NCBI GenBank assembly: GCA_000997465.1
Contig: LCBW01000001.1
Location: forward strand, 1 to 40,532
Source of the DNA: Parcubacteria group bacterium GW2011_GWC1_41_7
GTDB taxonomy: Bacteria; Patescibacteriota; Minisyncoccia; UBA6257; HR35
Reading direction: 5' to 3'
Length of the DNA: 40,532 bases
The notes under the pieces were generated by a model. The model saw only the letters and a program-made list of their open reading frames with translations. It was not told the DNA's origin and searched no databases. The translations under genes and the position numbers were made by a program. Shown in pieces: positions 1-7,332 of the stretch. Positions within the stretch are counted from its first letter, which is position 1. Each line of letters begins with the position of its first letter.

Positions 1-155
1 TACCCATTGCCTTCTTCTTCCTGTTCCGGAAAAAGCTCCAGCTCTTTCCCGGTGGCGATGCGATATACGACCGCAATGCCGCACAACAGGCAGAAGATAC
101 CAACAATACACACCCCCAAGAGAACATCCAAGGGCTTCAACTCCCTCTTATCCAT
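1..155 (-). CDS. Small single-TM membrane protein, N-terminal part only (ORF runs off the left edge)
   Basis: ATG is the reverse complement of 153-155, preceded by a strong SD (GGAAGGGAGAGG, rc of ~159-170). It translates as MDKRELKPLDVLLGVCIVGIFCLLCGIAVVYRIATGKELELFPEQEEEGNG... Local GC is about 51% by hand count against a high-30s background. It is absent from the ORF track because fewer than 60 aa lie inside the window. Confidence 0.4.
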   Translation of the reverse strand, partial: MDKRELKPLDVLLGVCIVGIFCLLCGIAVVYRIATGKELELFPEQEEEGNG

Positions 156-191
156 GTGCCTCTCCCTTCCGAAAGATCTATGATAAGTATA

Positions 192-776
192 TCACTCCTG
201 CTTAAAAAGTGCCTCTTGAAGCGTTTCGGGGTCCAAAAACTCAATCTCGCCGCCCTGGGGAATTCCCTTTTGCGGTTTGATAATTTTTATATGCGGAATA
301 TGCTTTAATACGCGTTCAACTTCTTGAGCAGTCGGCTCAGCTTCTCGAGTAAAGGGCAAAGCGAGTAATACTGTTTTGATATTTTTTAATTTCTTTGGTA
401 AATCCTGCAAACGCTTTGAAATATCATCGCGTTTTTCATACGGCAACATAAGCCCTCCCAATACAAAATATCTTCCCTTATATTTTTTTGAATTTTCAAT
501 AGTAAGCACATCTGTCTCGCGCGCAACAATACACAAACGAGAGTGATCGCGTTTTACATCTGCGCAGATATGACACATTTCTCCTATTGCGGGAAAATAA
601 CAAATAGTACAATGAGAAACTTGATCTGATAAGGTCTTAAAAAGTTCAAAAAACTGCCTTCGTTTTCCGCTCTCTTGCCGCAAAAGCCAAAAAAATAGCC
701 GCCACGCCTGACGCGGACCAATTTCCGGAAATTCATCTAAAAGCTCCACAAATTTTGTAAATATAGGGGGAATCAT
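192..776 (-). CDS. recR: Recombination protein RecR
   Basis: 194 aa. N-terminal LPGIG-like motif (FPEIGPRQAWRL), C4 zinc finger (CTICYF...CHIC) and a Toprim-like C-terminal half. Confidence 0.9.
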   Translation of the reverse strand: MIPPIFTKFVELLDEFPEIGPRQAWRLFFWLLRQESGKRRQFFELFKTLSDQVSHCTICYFPAIGEMCHICADVKRDHSRLCIVARETDVLTIENSKKYKGRYFVLGGLMLPYEKRDDISKRLQDLPKKLKNIKTVLLALPFTREAEPTAQEVERVLKHIPHIKIIKPQKGIPQGGEIEFLDPETLQEALFKQE

Positions 777-864
777 AATAAAGGTAAAATATCAAAAGTC
801 AAAGGCTAAAATAAAAAGTATATAAAAATAGTATAAAACAATAAAGCAGTAATATATCTAACGA

Positions 865-892
865 TTGACAAAAAATGATACAGTGTTAAAAT
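865..892 (+). promoter_or_regulatory. Near-consensus sigma70-type promoter (TTGACA-N16-TAAAAT with extended -10 TG)
   Basis: TTGACA at 865-870, TG at 884-885, TAAAAT at 887-892. It points into the small ORF at 912/918. Confidence 0.5.
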
Positions 893-917
893 ATTTATAG
901 CTCGCTGGAGAATGGCA

Positions 918-1082
918 ATGGGTATGGTGGCGTGTCTGCTAGGATGTTTTGCCTTCATCATTTTGGCGATTGTGGTGATTGCGGGAATGACGTATATTCC
1001 GCAGTACACCATACTCGCGATTATGATGCTGCTTGCGTGGGGGAGCAGAAAACCCGCTACCCCCGAAACTCCACCTGACTGA
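918..1082 (+). CDS. Small hydrophobic two-TM peptide (54 aa from ATG 918; 56 aa from ATG 912)
   Basis: GGAG at 907-910 sits 7 nt before ATG 918. It translates as MGMVACLLGCFAFIILAIVVIAGMTYIPQYTILAIMMLLAWGSRKPATPETPPD with stop TGA at 1080-1082. It is GC-richer than its surroundings, too short for the ORF track, and overlaps the probably spurious track ORF 806..1117(-). Confidence 0.45.
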   Translation: MGMVACLLGCFAFIILAIVVIAGMTYIPQYTILAIMMLLAWGSRKPATPETPPD

Positions 1083-1113
1083 CGCGGTCTGTTTTCAACA
1101 CAGTCCGCGTTGA

Positions 1114-1265
1114 GCACTACAGTCCCCTTGGGTCTGAGCTTGCGGCACCTAATCGGCGCCGCGGATGCGCTACAACCCCTTCGGGCTTACGCTTGCGGCA
1201 CCGAGATGTATCGCTACGCGATATCATCGCTACTTTCGCTTCGCGAACGTAGCAATCGGCGCCGC
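1114..1265. repeat. Two tandem units of a GC-rich double-hairpin repeat family (reverse orientation relative to the 24764 copy); the second unit carries a ~50-nt insertion in its hairpin loop
   Basis: 1114-1162 is the reverse complement of 24764-24812 with 4 mismatches in 49 nt by hand alignment. The second unit, 1167-1265, has stem halves gcggcacc (1195-1202) and ggcgccgc (1258-1265). Confidence 0.8.
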
Positions 1266-1276
1266 GTTTTATTTTT
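1195..1276 (+). terminator. Probable intrinsic terminator (GC hairpin followed by a T-run) downstream of the small ORF
   Basis: The gcggcacc...ggcgccgc stem is followed directly by gttttattttt (1266-1276). Confidence 0.45.
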
Positions 1277-1303
1277 CAATATTTTAATCTTGCAATAAAC
1301 AAT

Positions 1304-2665
1304 TTAATAGGCAATTTCTTCTAAATTCGCGTTTGTGCCAAAACACACTGACTCTTGATCGAAGTAAAGATTCACAACCCCCAAAGGTCCGTTCCTATGT
1401 TTTGCAATCACGATACTTGCTTCGTTAGACGGCGCGCCTTGATTATCATCGCGAGAGCGATGAATAAAAATAACTACATCACTGTCTTGTTCCAAAGATC
1501 CTGACTCGCGAAGATCTGATAGCTTTGGAGGGTTTTGTCCCGGCCGCTGTTCGGGAGAGCGCGAAAGCTGAGAAAGCGCAATGACTGGAACACCAAGTTC
1601 ACGAGCTAATTCTTTTAAACTGCGAGAAATTTCAGAAACTTCCTGCACGCGATTATCAATCCTACGATGTGAACGAAGCAACTGCAAATAATCAATGACA
1701 ATAAGCCCCAAGTCCCCACCAGCTTGATATTTCAATTTTCGTGCCATTCCTCGAATTTGAAGGGGCGTAAGAGAAGCAGAATCATCAATATACAGGGGAG
1801 ATTTAGAAAGTACATCAAATGCTTCTGAAATTGCACTCAAATCACTCACCTCCCCCTCAGAGTCCAATTTTCCCACGCGTAAATTCCATAAACTTACCCC
1901 CGCCTCCATTGCAACCAACCGATCAACAATTTGATCGCGGGACATTTCAAGTGAAAAAATACCAACAGGCCTTCCTTCGTTGATTGCAACATGCTTTGCA
2001 ATCTGAAGCGCCATAGATGTCTTACCTAAAGACGGTCGCGCGGCAAGCAAAATAAGATCTGAATCGTGGAACCCCCCAAGATACTCATCTAAAAGAGGAA
2101 ATCCGCTTGATACTCCTTTTACTTTTTTATCAGGATTTTCCATCAAATGCGTAATTCTCTCATACGCCGGCTCAATGAGCGACGCGATATGATAAAATTG
2201 ATGCGGATACACTTGATCTGCAATTTTAAACATACGCGCTTCAACATCATCAATAAGCTCTTCGGATTGCCGATCTTCTTGGGACGCGATCTCTTGAATT
2301 TGGTGTGAAAGCCCAATCAACTCCCTACGCGCTTTTTTTTCTTTGATGATTTTTGCATAATGCGCAACATTATGGACTGATGGCGTTTTATTGATAAGTC
2401 CTAAAAGATACGCCGGACCGCCAATGGTTTCTATAAGATTTTTATTGCGCAAAGAGTTGGTCACCGTCACAATATCAATGGCCTGACTTTTTTCAAAAAG
2501 TTCTGCGATTGTTCTAAAAATAATTTGATGTCCAGGCTTATAAAAATCTTCGTCTTTTAAAAAATCAATAACCCCTAAAATTGCGTCCGATTTAATCATC
2601 AACGCTCCTAAAAGTGATTCTTCGGCTTCTGCGTTTTGTGGTAATGTTTTGAACTGATCAGCCAT
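1304..2665 (-). CDS. dnaB: Replicative DNA helicase DnaB
   Basis: 453 aa. N-terminal PQNAEAEESLLGALM motif, Walker A ARPSLGKTS, and the IVIDYLQLL and RELGVPVIALSQLSR motifs. Confidence 0.95.
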   Translation of the reverse strand: MADQFKTLPQNAEAEESLLGALMIKSDAILGVIDFLKDEDFYKPGHQIIFRTIAELFEKSQAIDIVTVTNSLRNKNLIETIGGPAYLLGLINKTPSVHNVAHYAKIIKEKKARRELIGLSHQIQEIASQEDRQSEELIDDVEARMFKIADQVYPHQFYHIASLIEPAYERITHLMENPDKKVKGVSSGFPLLDEYLGGFHDSDLILLAARPSLGKTSMALQIAKHVAINEGRPVGIFSLEMSRDQIVDRLVAMEAGVSLWNLRVGKLDSEGEVSDLSAISEAFDVLSKSPLYIDDSASLTPLQIRGMARKLKYQAGGDLGLIVIDYLQLLRSHRRIDNRVQEVSEISRSLKELARELGVPVIALSQLSRSPEQRPGQNPPKLSDLRESGSLEQDSDVVIFIHRSRDDNQGAPSNEASIVIAKHRNGPLGVVNLYFDQESVCFGTNANLEEIAY

Positions 2666-2770
2666 ATCTCTTTAAGTGTAGTGCTGTTTTAAAAACTAAA
2701 AAACAAAAATTGCGAATAAGATGTGAATAAAAAAAATATGAAATAGTAGACACAAGGTATCTCCTCATGT

Positions 2771-2906
2771 AAAATAAAAATAGCCCCCAAAGCGATAATG
2801 GGAGGGTTGAATCGAGTTAACCCTCGAAACAATCCGTTGACCATCCCTGGACCGACACCACGAGCATCCAGCCTTCCCCCGGCTAGGAAACTCACGGTTC
2901 AGGGTT
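2771..2906 (-). promoter_or_regulatory. Structured GC-rich RNA element with terminator/antiterminator alternatives (riboswitch-like, class unknown) between rplI and dnaB
   Basis: Minus-strand terminator stem CUCCCA/UGGGGG (2799-2804 with 2784-2789, including a U-G pair valid only on the minus strand) followed by CUAUUUUUAUUUU. Segment 2819-2825 can pair with either 2802-2808 (antiterminator) or 2901-2906 (closing helix of a ~76-nt GC-rich core). Confidence 0.45.
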
Positions 2907-2917
2907 TTTTTATTGAA

Positions 2918-3403
2918 TTATTTACCGGTTACCGCAGAGGTGATAATCTTTAATATTGCCGAAAGTCCATATCCTAAATGGATAAGAATTTCATAGGTTC
3001 CAAGTTCACGAATAGAATGCTCAAGCTCAATATCATTTTTTTGAACCTCAATTCCTATACCTTTTAAATATGCCTCAATATCATTTTTTCCAATAGAACT
3101 AAATACCTCTCCCATTTCTCCTACCACCAGATGCGCCTCGTACGGATGTTCTAAAATTTTTTGCTGCCATCCTTCTGCGCGCTTTTTATTATTTTCAACA
3201 TTTTTTTCAGCAATCAATTTCATCTGTTCTATCTGGTGCAAATTTTCAGGAGTCACCTGCATCGCTTTTTTTTCGCGCTCTAAAAATTGCAAGAACCCCG
3301 GTTTTACTTTTTTTATTTCTCCTCGGTTTCCTACTCCCCTCACATCATCCAAAAGAACTACATTTAAAAATCGCTCTTTTTGTACTTTTTTTCTTTTCGT
3401 CAT
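2918..3403 (-). CDS. rplI: Ribosomal protein bL9
   Basis: N-terminal domain motif VVLLDDVRGVGNRGEIKKVKPGFLQFL, and the classical position directly upstream of dnaB. Confidence 0.85.
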   Translation of the reverse strand: MTKRKKVQKERFLNVVLLDDVRGVGNRGEIKKVKPGFLQFLEREKKAMQVTPENLHQIEQMKLIAEKNVENNKKRAEGWQQKILEHPYEAHLVVGEMGEVFSSIGKNDIEAYLKGIGIEVQKNDIELEHSIRELGTYEILIHLGYGLSAILKIITSAVTGK

Positions 3404-3412
3404 TCTCTATGT

Positions 3413-4699
3413 TTATATATGCTTAATATAGTCGACAGCCCTCTGTAATACCTCATCAATGGTATCATCAGGATTTTTATCGGTAAGTGGTACATCCGGA
3501 GTAAGACCTGTTCCTTCAATGCGCACCCCGCCCGGAGTATACCAATATCCAACCGTCAATTTTAATAAATGATCGCCTATGGGAAAAATCTGCTGCACGC
3601 TTCCTTTTCCATAGCTTTTTTCTCCCAAAATTTTTGTCTTAAGGTTGTCATGTAACGCGCCGGCAAAAATTTCAGATGCTGATGCGCTCCCCTTATTCAA
3701 TAAAATAACCATTTTTAGCCCTGCCAAACTTCCCGGACCCTCGGATACTACTTTATTTTCACTTTTTGATGGTCCCCACACTTCTTTCAAAACCAATTTT
3801 CCTCGAGGTACAAAAAGCTCAGCAAACGAAACCGCAACATCAAGATACCCACCCGGATTATTGCGAAGATCCAGTACAAACCGTGTTGCCCCAGCATTGC
3901 GCATCTTATTATAGCCAATTGCAAATTCAGGGATAGTTTTTGGATTAAACGTATTTATTTTAATAACTCCGACATTTCCTGAATACATTTCTGATGTAAC
4001 AGCTGGAATTTCAATTTTTCCCCTTACGATCACAATATCTTTTGGCATTTTCCATCCCTCACGCATCACTTCCAAAGTTACCTTAGTTCCCACCTGTCCT
4101 CTAATTTTAGTAACTGCAACCTCAGCGGTCATTCCCGTTGCATCTTCTCCGTTAATTTTTAAAATCATATCCCCCGCCTTCATACCGGCCTTTTCCGCAG
4201 GAGAACCAGAAAGAGGAGCTACAACCGTAATAAATCCTTTTTTCTCTCCAATTTCCATCCCTACACCACCAAACGATCCTTTCAAGTCCTCTTCAAAAAT
4301 TTTTCCACGCTCAGGAGAATACAAATCAGAATACGGATCGTCAATAGATTTAACCAAGCCGCGAGCCGCTTCAAGCGCGGCTTTATCCGTGCTTACTTTG
4401 TCTTGCGCGATATATTCTTGTTTTATTTTTGTCCATGTATCCCAAAAAAGCTGAAAATTTCTACTGGAAAAATCTTCTGATTGCAAAAATGGCTCCTGCG
4501 CTTGAGCTGTTTGATTTCCCGCGTAAAAACTGACAACAGAAATAATCCCAATTACAAACAAAACAATAAATAATTTCAACGCAAGCTTTGCATTAAAATA
4601 AGATTTAGGCGAAAGATTAAGGTGCTTATCGTCTGGCGGAGAGTTATAATATTTCATGAGAATATAAAATTGATATGTTTTATGTGAAAGACGAAACAA
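3413..4699 (-). CDS. Carboxy-terminal processing protease (S41 family, PDZ domain); true start probably at an internal Met (~4657)
   Basis: N-terminal TM anchor, PDZ region (GSPAEKAGMKAGDMILKINGE) and S41 catalytic region (NKGSASASEIFAGAL, GEKSYGKGSVQ). The 5' end overlaps the recO start divergently. Confidence 0.85.
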   Translation of the reverse strand: MFRLSHKTYQFYILMKYYNSPPDDKHLNLSPKSYFNAKLALKLFIVLFVIGIISVVSFYAGNQTAQAQEPFLQSEDFSSRNFQLFWDTWTKIKQEYIAQDKVSTDKAALEAARGLVKSIDDPYSDLYSPERGKIFEEDLKGSFGGVGMEIGEKKGFITVVAPLSGSPAEKAGMKAGDMILKINGEDATGMTAEVAVTKIRGQVGTKVTLEVMREGWKMPKDIVIVRGKIEIPAVTSEMYSGNVGVIKINTFNPKTIPEFAIGYNKMRNAGATRFVLDLRNNPGGYLDVAVSFAELFVPRGKLVLKEVWGPSKSENKVVSEGPGSLAGLKMVILLNKGSASASEIFAGALHDNLKTKILGEKSYGKGSVQQIFPIGDHLLKLTVGYWYTPGGVRIEGTGLTPDVPLTDKNPDDTIDEVLQRAVDYIKHI

Positions 4700-5361
4700 T
4701 TATTATCTCAAAAACAGCACATAAAGAATATGATGGAGTTGTTACTATTCTAACAAGAAATAATGGAAAAATCAAAGCTACTATTCTAACAAGAAATAAC
4801 GGAAAAATCAAAGCTATCGCAAGGGGGCTGTATCGACCAACGAGTCGACTATCCGGATCCCTAGAGCCGGGAAATTTTGGAAAATCCTACCTTTCATCAA
4901 ACGGGACTTTTTTCAGATTTATCTCTTTCCTTCCCCAGGGCGGGCCGAAAGCGGGATTTCAAAAATATCCAAAGGAATTTTTATGGGCACTGCGTTTTAT
5001 CGCATCTTTTTCTCTTTTTGAGATAAGTGAAGAACTTTGGACGGAATTAAAAAACATTGATACCGTACTGGAGCATCATTCCGGATCATTTCGCATTTGG
5101 TTTGCAATGCGCGTGCTCTCTATCCTCGGGTATGCACCCAATATGCACTCTTGTTCCCTTTGTCAAAAAAAATTCACCGCAGGAGCATTTCTCTATGGAG
5201 GAGCGTTGTTTTGTCATATGTGCAAACGCGATAGTTTTTATAAAATTACTCCCGCGGAACTGCAGGTTATGCAACAAATCGGACGCGATGAAAAACCAAA
5301 ACGCCACTCTCCCGCACTTGCAAAATTCCTTCCCCACCACATAAGACAGATTTCCGCATAA
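4675..5361 (+). CDS. recO: DNA repair protein RecO
   Basis: N-terminal OB-fold-like start (ETIIISKTAHKEYDGVVTILTRNNGKIKA..ARG) and a C-terminal Cys cluster (CSLCQKK...CHMC). Confidence 0.75.
   Translation: MFYVKDETIIISKTAHKEYDGVVTILTRNNGKIKATILTRNNGKIKAIARGLYRPTSRLSGSLEPGNFGKSYLSSNGTFFRFISFLPQGGPKAGFQKYPKEFLWALRFIASFSLFEISEELWTELKNIDTVLEHHSGSFRIWFAMRVLSILGYAPNMHSCSLCQKKFTAGAFLYGGALFCHMCKRDSFYKITPAELQVMQQIGRDEKPKRHSPALAKFLPHHIRQISA
4744..4815 (+). repeat. In-frame 36-nt tandem duplication (2 units, 35/36 identical) inside recO
   Basis: 4744-4779 and 4780-4815 differ by one synonymous base (aat/aac). They encode TILTRNNGKIKA twice. Confidence 0.9.
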
Positions 5362-5370
5362 TATCTATGT

Positions 5371-7332
5371 GTGCCTAAATTAAAATATGTAGTAAACATT
5401 TATGCGATAGTAAAAAACGCGATAGTGTTAAAATTAACTGTAGAAATGGCAGACGTAAAAGACCCAAACAAAGAACCGGTAGAAACATTTGAAAATGAAC
5501 TTGAGAATGAACTGTATAAAGAAAAAACGTCTAAACGCCCCGGAAGCTTGAAGAATATTTGGGGAGTGCAACGAAGAAATATCGCCGCAACTGAAAATTG
5601 GCGCCACGAAGAATCCGAAGAGTCCTTACATACAAGCGTACTACCGGTAAAAAAACTATTTTTATTTTCCTTTATTGTGTTTTTATTAAGCGCTTCAGTG
5701 TTTGGGTTTGTACTATTTTGGCGCATGGTGAAAATAAATAACGTATCAATTGAACTATCGGGACCTTCTGATGTTTCAGCGCTCTCCCCCGTTGCATATA
5801 CAATTCAGCTTAAAAATAAATCAAAATATACCCTTGAAAATACTGTGCTTACGGTTGACCTTGGGGATGGTGCATATTTTGAAGGCGATCCCACATCAAA
5901 AACAAAACAAATAGATATCGGGGCATTTCAAAGCGGAGACATAACATCTATTCCGCTTCCACTTTTTTTTGCGGGAAAAACAAATCAGGTCACGGAAATA
6001 AAGGCAACTGTTGAATATATGCCTCCCAAAAAAAATCAACGATTTTCAGTTGATAAAAAAATGAGTATCGCCATTAAAAAAGGCGCGTTTGATTTTCAAG
6101 CATCGTTTCCCAATCAAGTGTTTGTGCAAGAGCCGTTTAAACTTTCATTTTCATTTGCAAACATCACAAACCAACAATTTGGCTTGAAGTTGTCTCTTGA
6201 AAATCCGGGAAATTTTGATGCTATTTCTTTTGTTCCGGAAAACCAAGGAGATCTTTCTTGGGATTTTCCAACTATTGCACAAAGCGAAAAAGCAGACGTA
6301 GTCATGGTTGGAAAATTCAGCTCAATCCCTATTAATCCGATTTTTACTGTTATTCCAACTTTGCTATATCAGGGACAAGAATTTCAGCTTGAAGGTATTC
6401 CTGTTGCCGTAAAAACGATTGACTCGCCTGTTGTTCTGCATATCTCATCATATCCGGAAAACAAAGTTATGGACTTGAATCAACAAATTTCCTATACGGT
6501 TTCTTGGGAAAATAAAAGTTCCATCAGCCTACAGGATGTCTCGCTTCATATCAACTTTAACGGTCCTTTTGATTTTTCAGATATTAAAACTGACGGATAT
6601 TTTTCATCATCAAATCATACTCTTGTATGGGATGCGCGCAACAAACGAGAACTTAATAAAATTCTTCCCAAAAGCAAGGGTTCTGTAACGTTTCAAGTGG
6701 GGGTTCCAAAAGAATATCCCATTTTCAGCCCCAATGATAAGGACTTCCCTCTTTCAGTTTCTGCGCAACTTCAAACGCAATCCATTCCACCGGAAGTTCA
6801 AATTCTCTCATCCGAACTTGTAGTGCGAGCAGAAGACAAAAAAATTCTTCAAGGAAATGCCTCGCTTGCGCCGTCCATTATTTTTTATGACAACATCATC
6901 CAAAATAGCGGGCCCTTCCCCCCTACCACCGGATCAAAAACAACCCTTACCGTGCACATGAAAATAAACTCCATTGCGGAGGGGCTAGAAAACATACAGC
7001 TAAAAACACACATCCCTATTGGCGTGCAACTTACTGGCGTATGGGGAGGATATTTTGACCCGCAAAATTTATCATATAATCAAAAAACTGGTGATTTTCT
7101 CTATCAAATCAAAGATATAGCCGCAAATCATGGCGTCATATATGAACCTATTGATATTGCGTTTCAAATAGAGATAACACCGCCGCTTGGAGATTTTGAA
7201 AAATTTACTATTCTTGATTCTCTGACATTTAGCGCACAGGGGACATATTCTAAAAAAACATTCTCCCAAACGCTTCCTGCGGTAAATCTAGAGCAAGTCA
7301 TACAGCAACAAAATGAAAAAACATTCAATTGA
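5371..7332 (+). CDS. Large membrane-anchored extracytoplasmic protein of unknown function (repeated beta-sandwich-like segments); start more likely ATG 5446
   Basis: Charged N-terminus, one TM (LFLFSFIVFLLSASVFGFVLFW), then ~530 aa rich in S/T/N/Q. No catalytic motif recognised. Confidence 0.65.
   Translation: MPKLKYVVNIYAIVKNAIVLKLTVEMADVKDPNKEPVETFENELENELYKEKTSKRPGSLKNIWGVQRRNIAATENWRHEESEESLHTSVLPVKKLFLFSFIVFLLSASVFGFVLFWRMVKINNVSIELSGPSDVSALSPVAYTIQLKNKSKYTLENTVLTVDLGDGAYFEGDPTSKTKQIDIGAFQSGDITSIPLPLFFAGKTNQVTEIKATVEYMPPKKNQRFSVDKKMSIAIKKGAFDFQASFPNQVFVQEPFKLSFSFANITNQQFGLKLSLENPGNFDAISFVPENQGDLSWDFPTIAQSEKADVVMVGKFSSIPINPIFTVIPTLLYQGQEFQLEGIPVAVKTIDSPVVLHISSYPENKVMDLNQQISYTVSWENKSSISLQDVSLHINFNGPFDFSDIKTDGYFSSSNHTLVWDARNKRELNKILPKSKGSVTFQVGVPKEYPIFSPNDKDFPLSVSAQLQTQSIPPEVQILSSELVVRAEDKKILQGNASLAPSIIFYDNIIQNSGPFPPTTGSKTTLTVHMKINSIAEGLENIQLKTHIPIGVQLTGVWGGYFDPQNLSYNQKTGDFLYQIKDIAANHGVIYEPIDIAFQIEITPPLGDFEKFTILDSLTFSAQGTYSKKTFSQTLPAVNLEQVIQQQNEKTFN

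Noticed and set aside
806-1298. Track ORFs 806..1117(-) and 1110..1298(+).
   Set aside because: The first runs antisense through a consensus promoter and the better-supported small plus-strand ORF, and starts inside hairpin DNA. The second is made entirely of the hairpin repeats. Both are open only because of the local GC-rich composition.
2689-2895. Track ORF of 68 aa on the minus strand.
   Set aside because: It lies entirely within the structured GC-rich element and the A/T-rich dnaB leader. The C-terminal half is low-complexity poly-Phe/Leu, and there is no start context.
2771-2906. The GC-rich ~100-nt hairpin-like RNA could be the small SRP (4.5S) RNA.
   Set aside because: I could not find the conserved helix-8 signature (CAGG...GNRA...AGCA, GGAA tetraloop context) on either strand. 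The terminator/antiterminator overlap fits a cis-regulatory element better.
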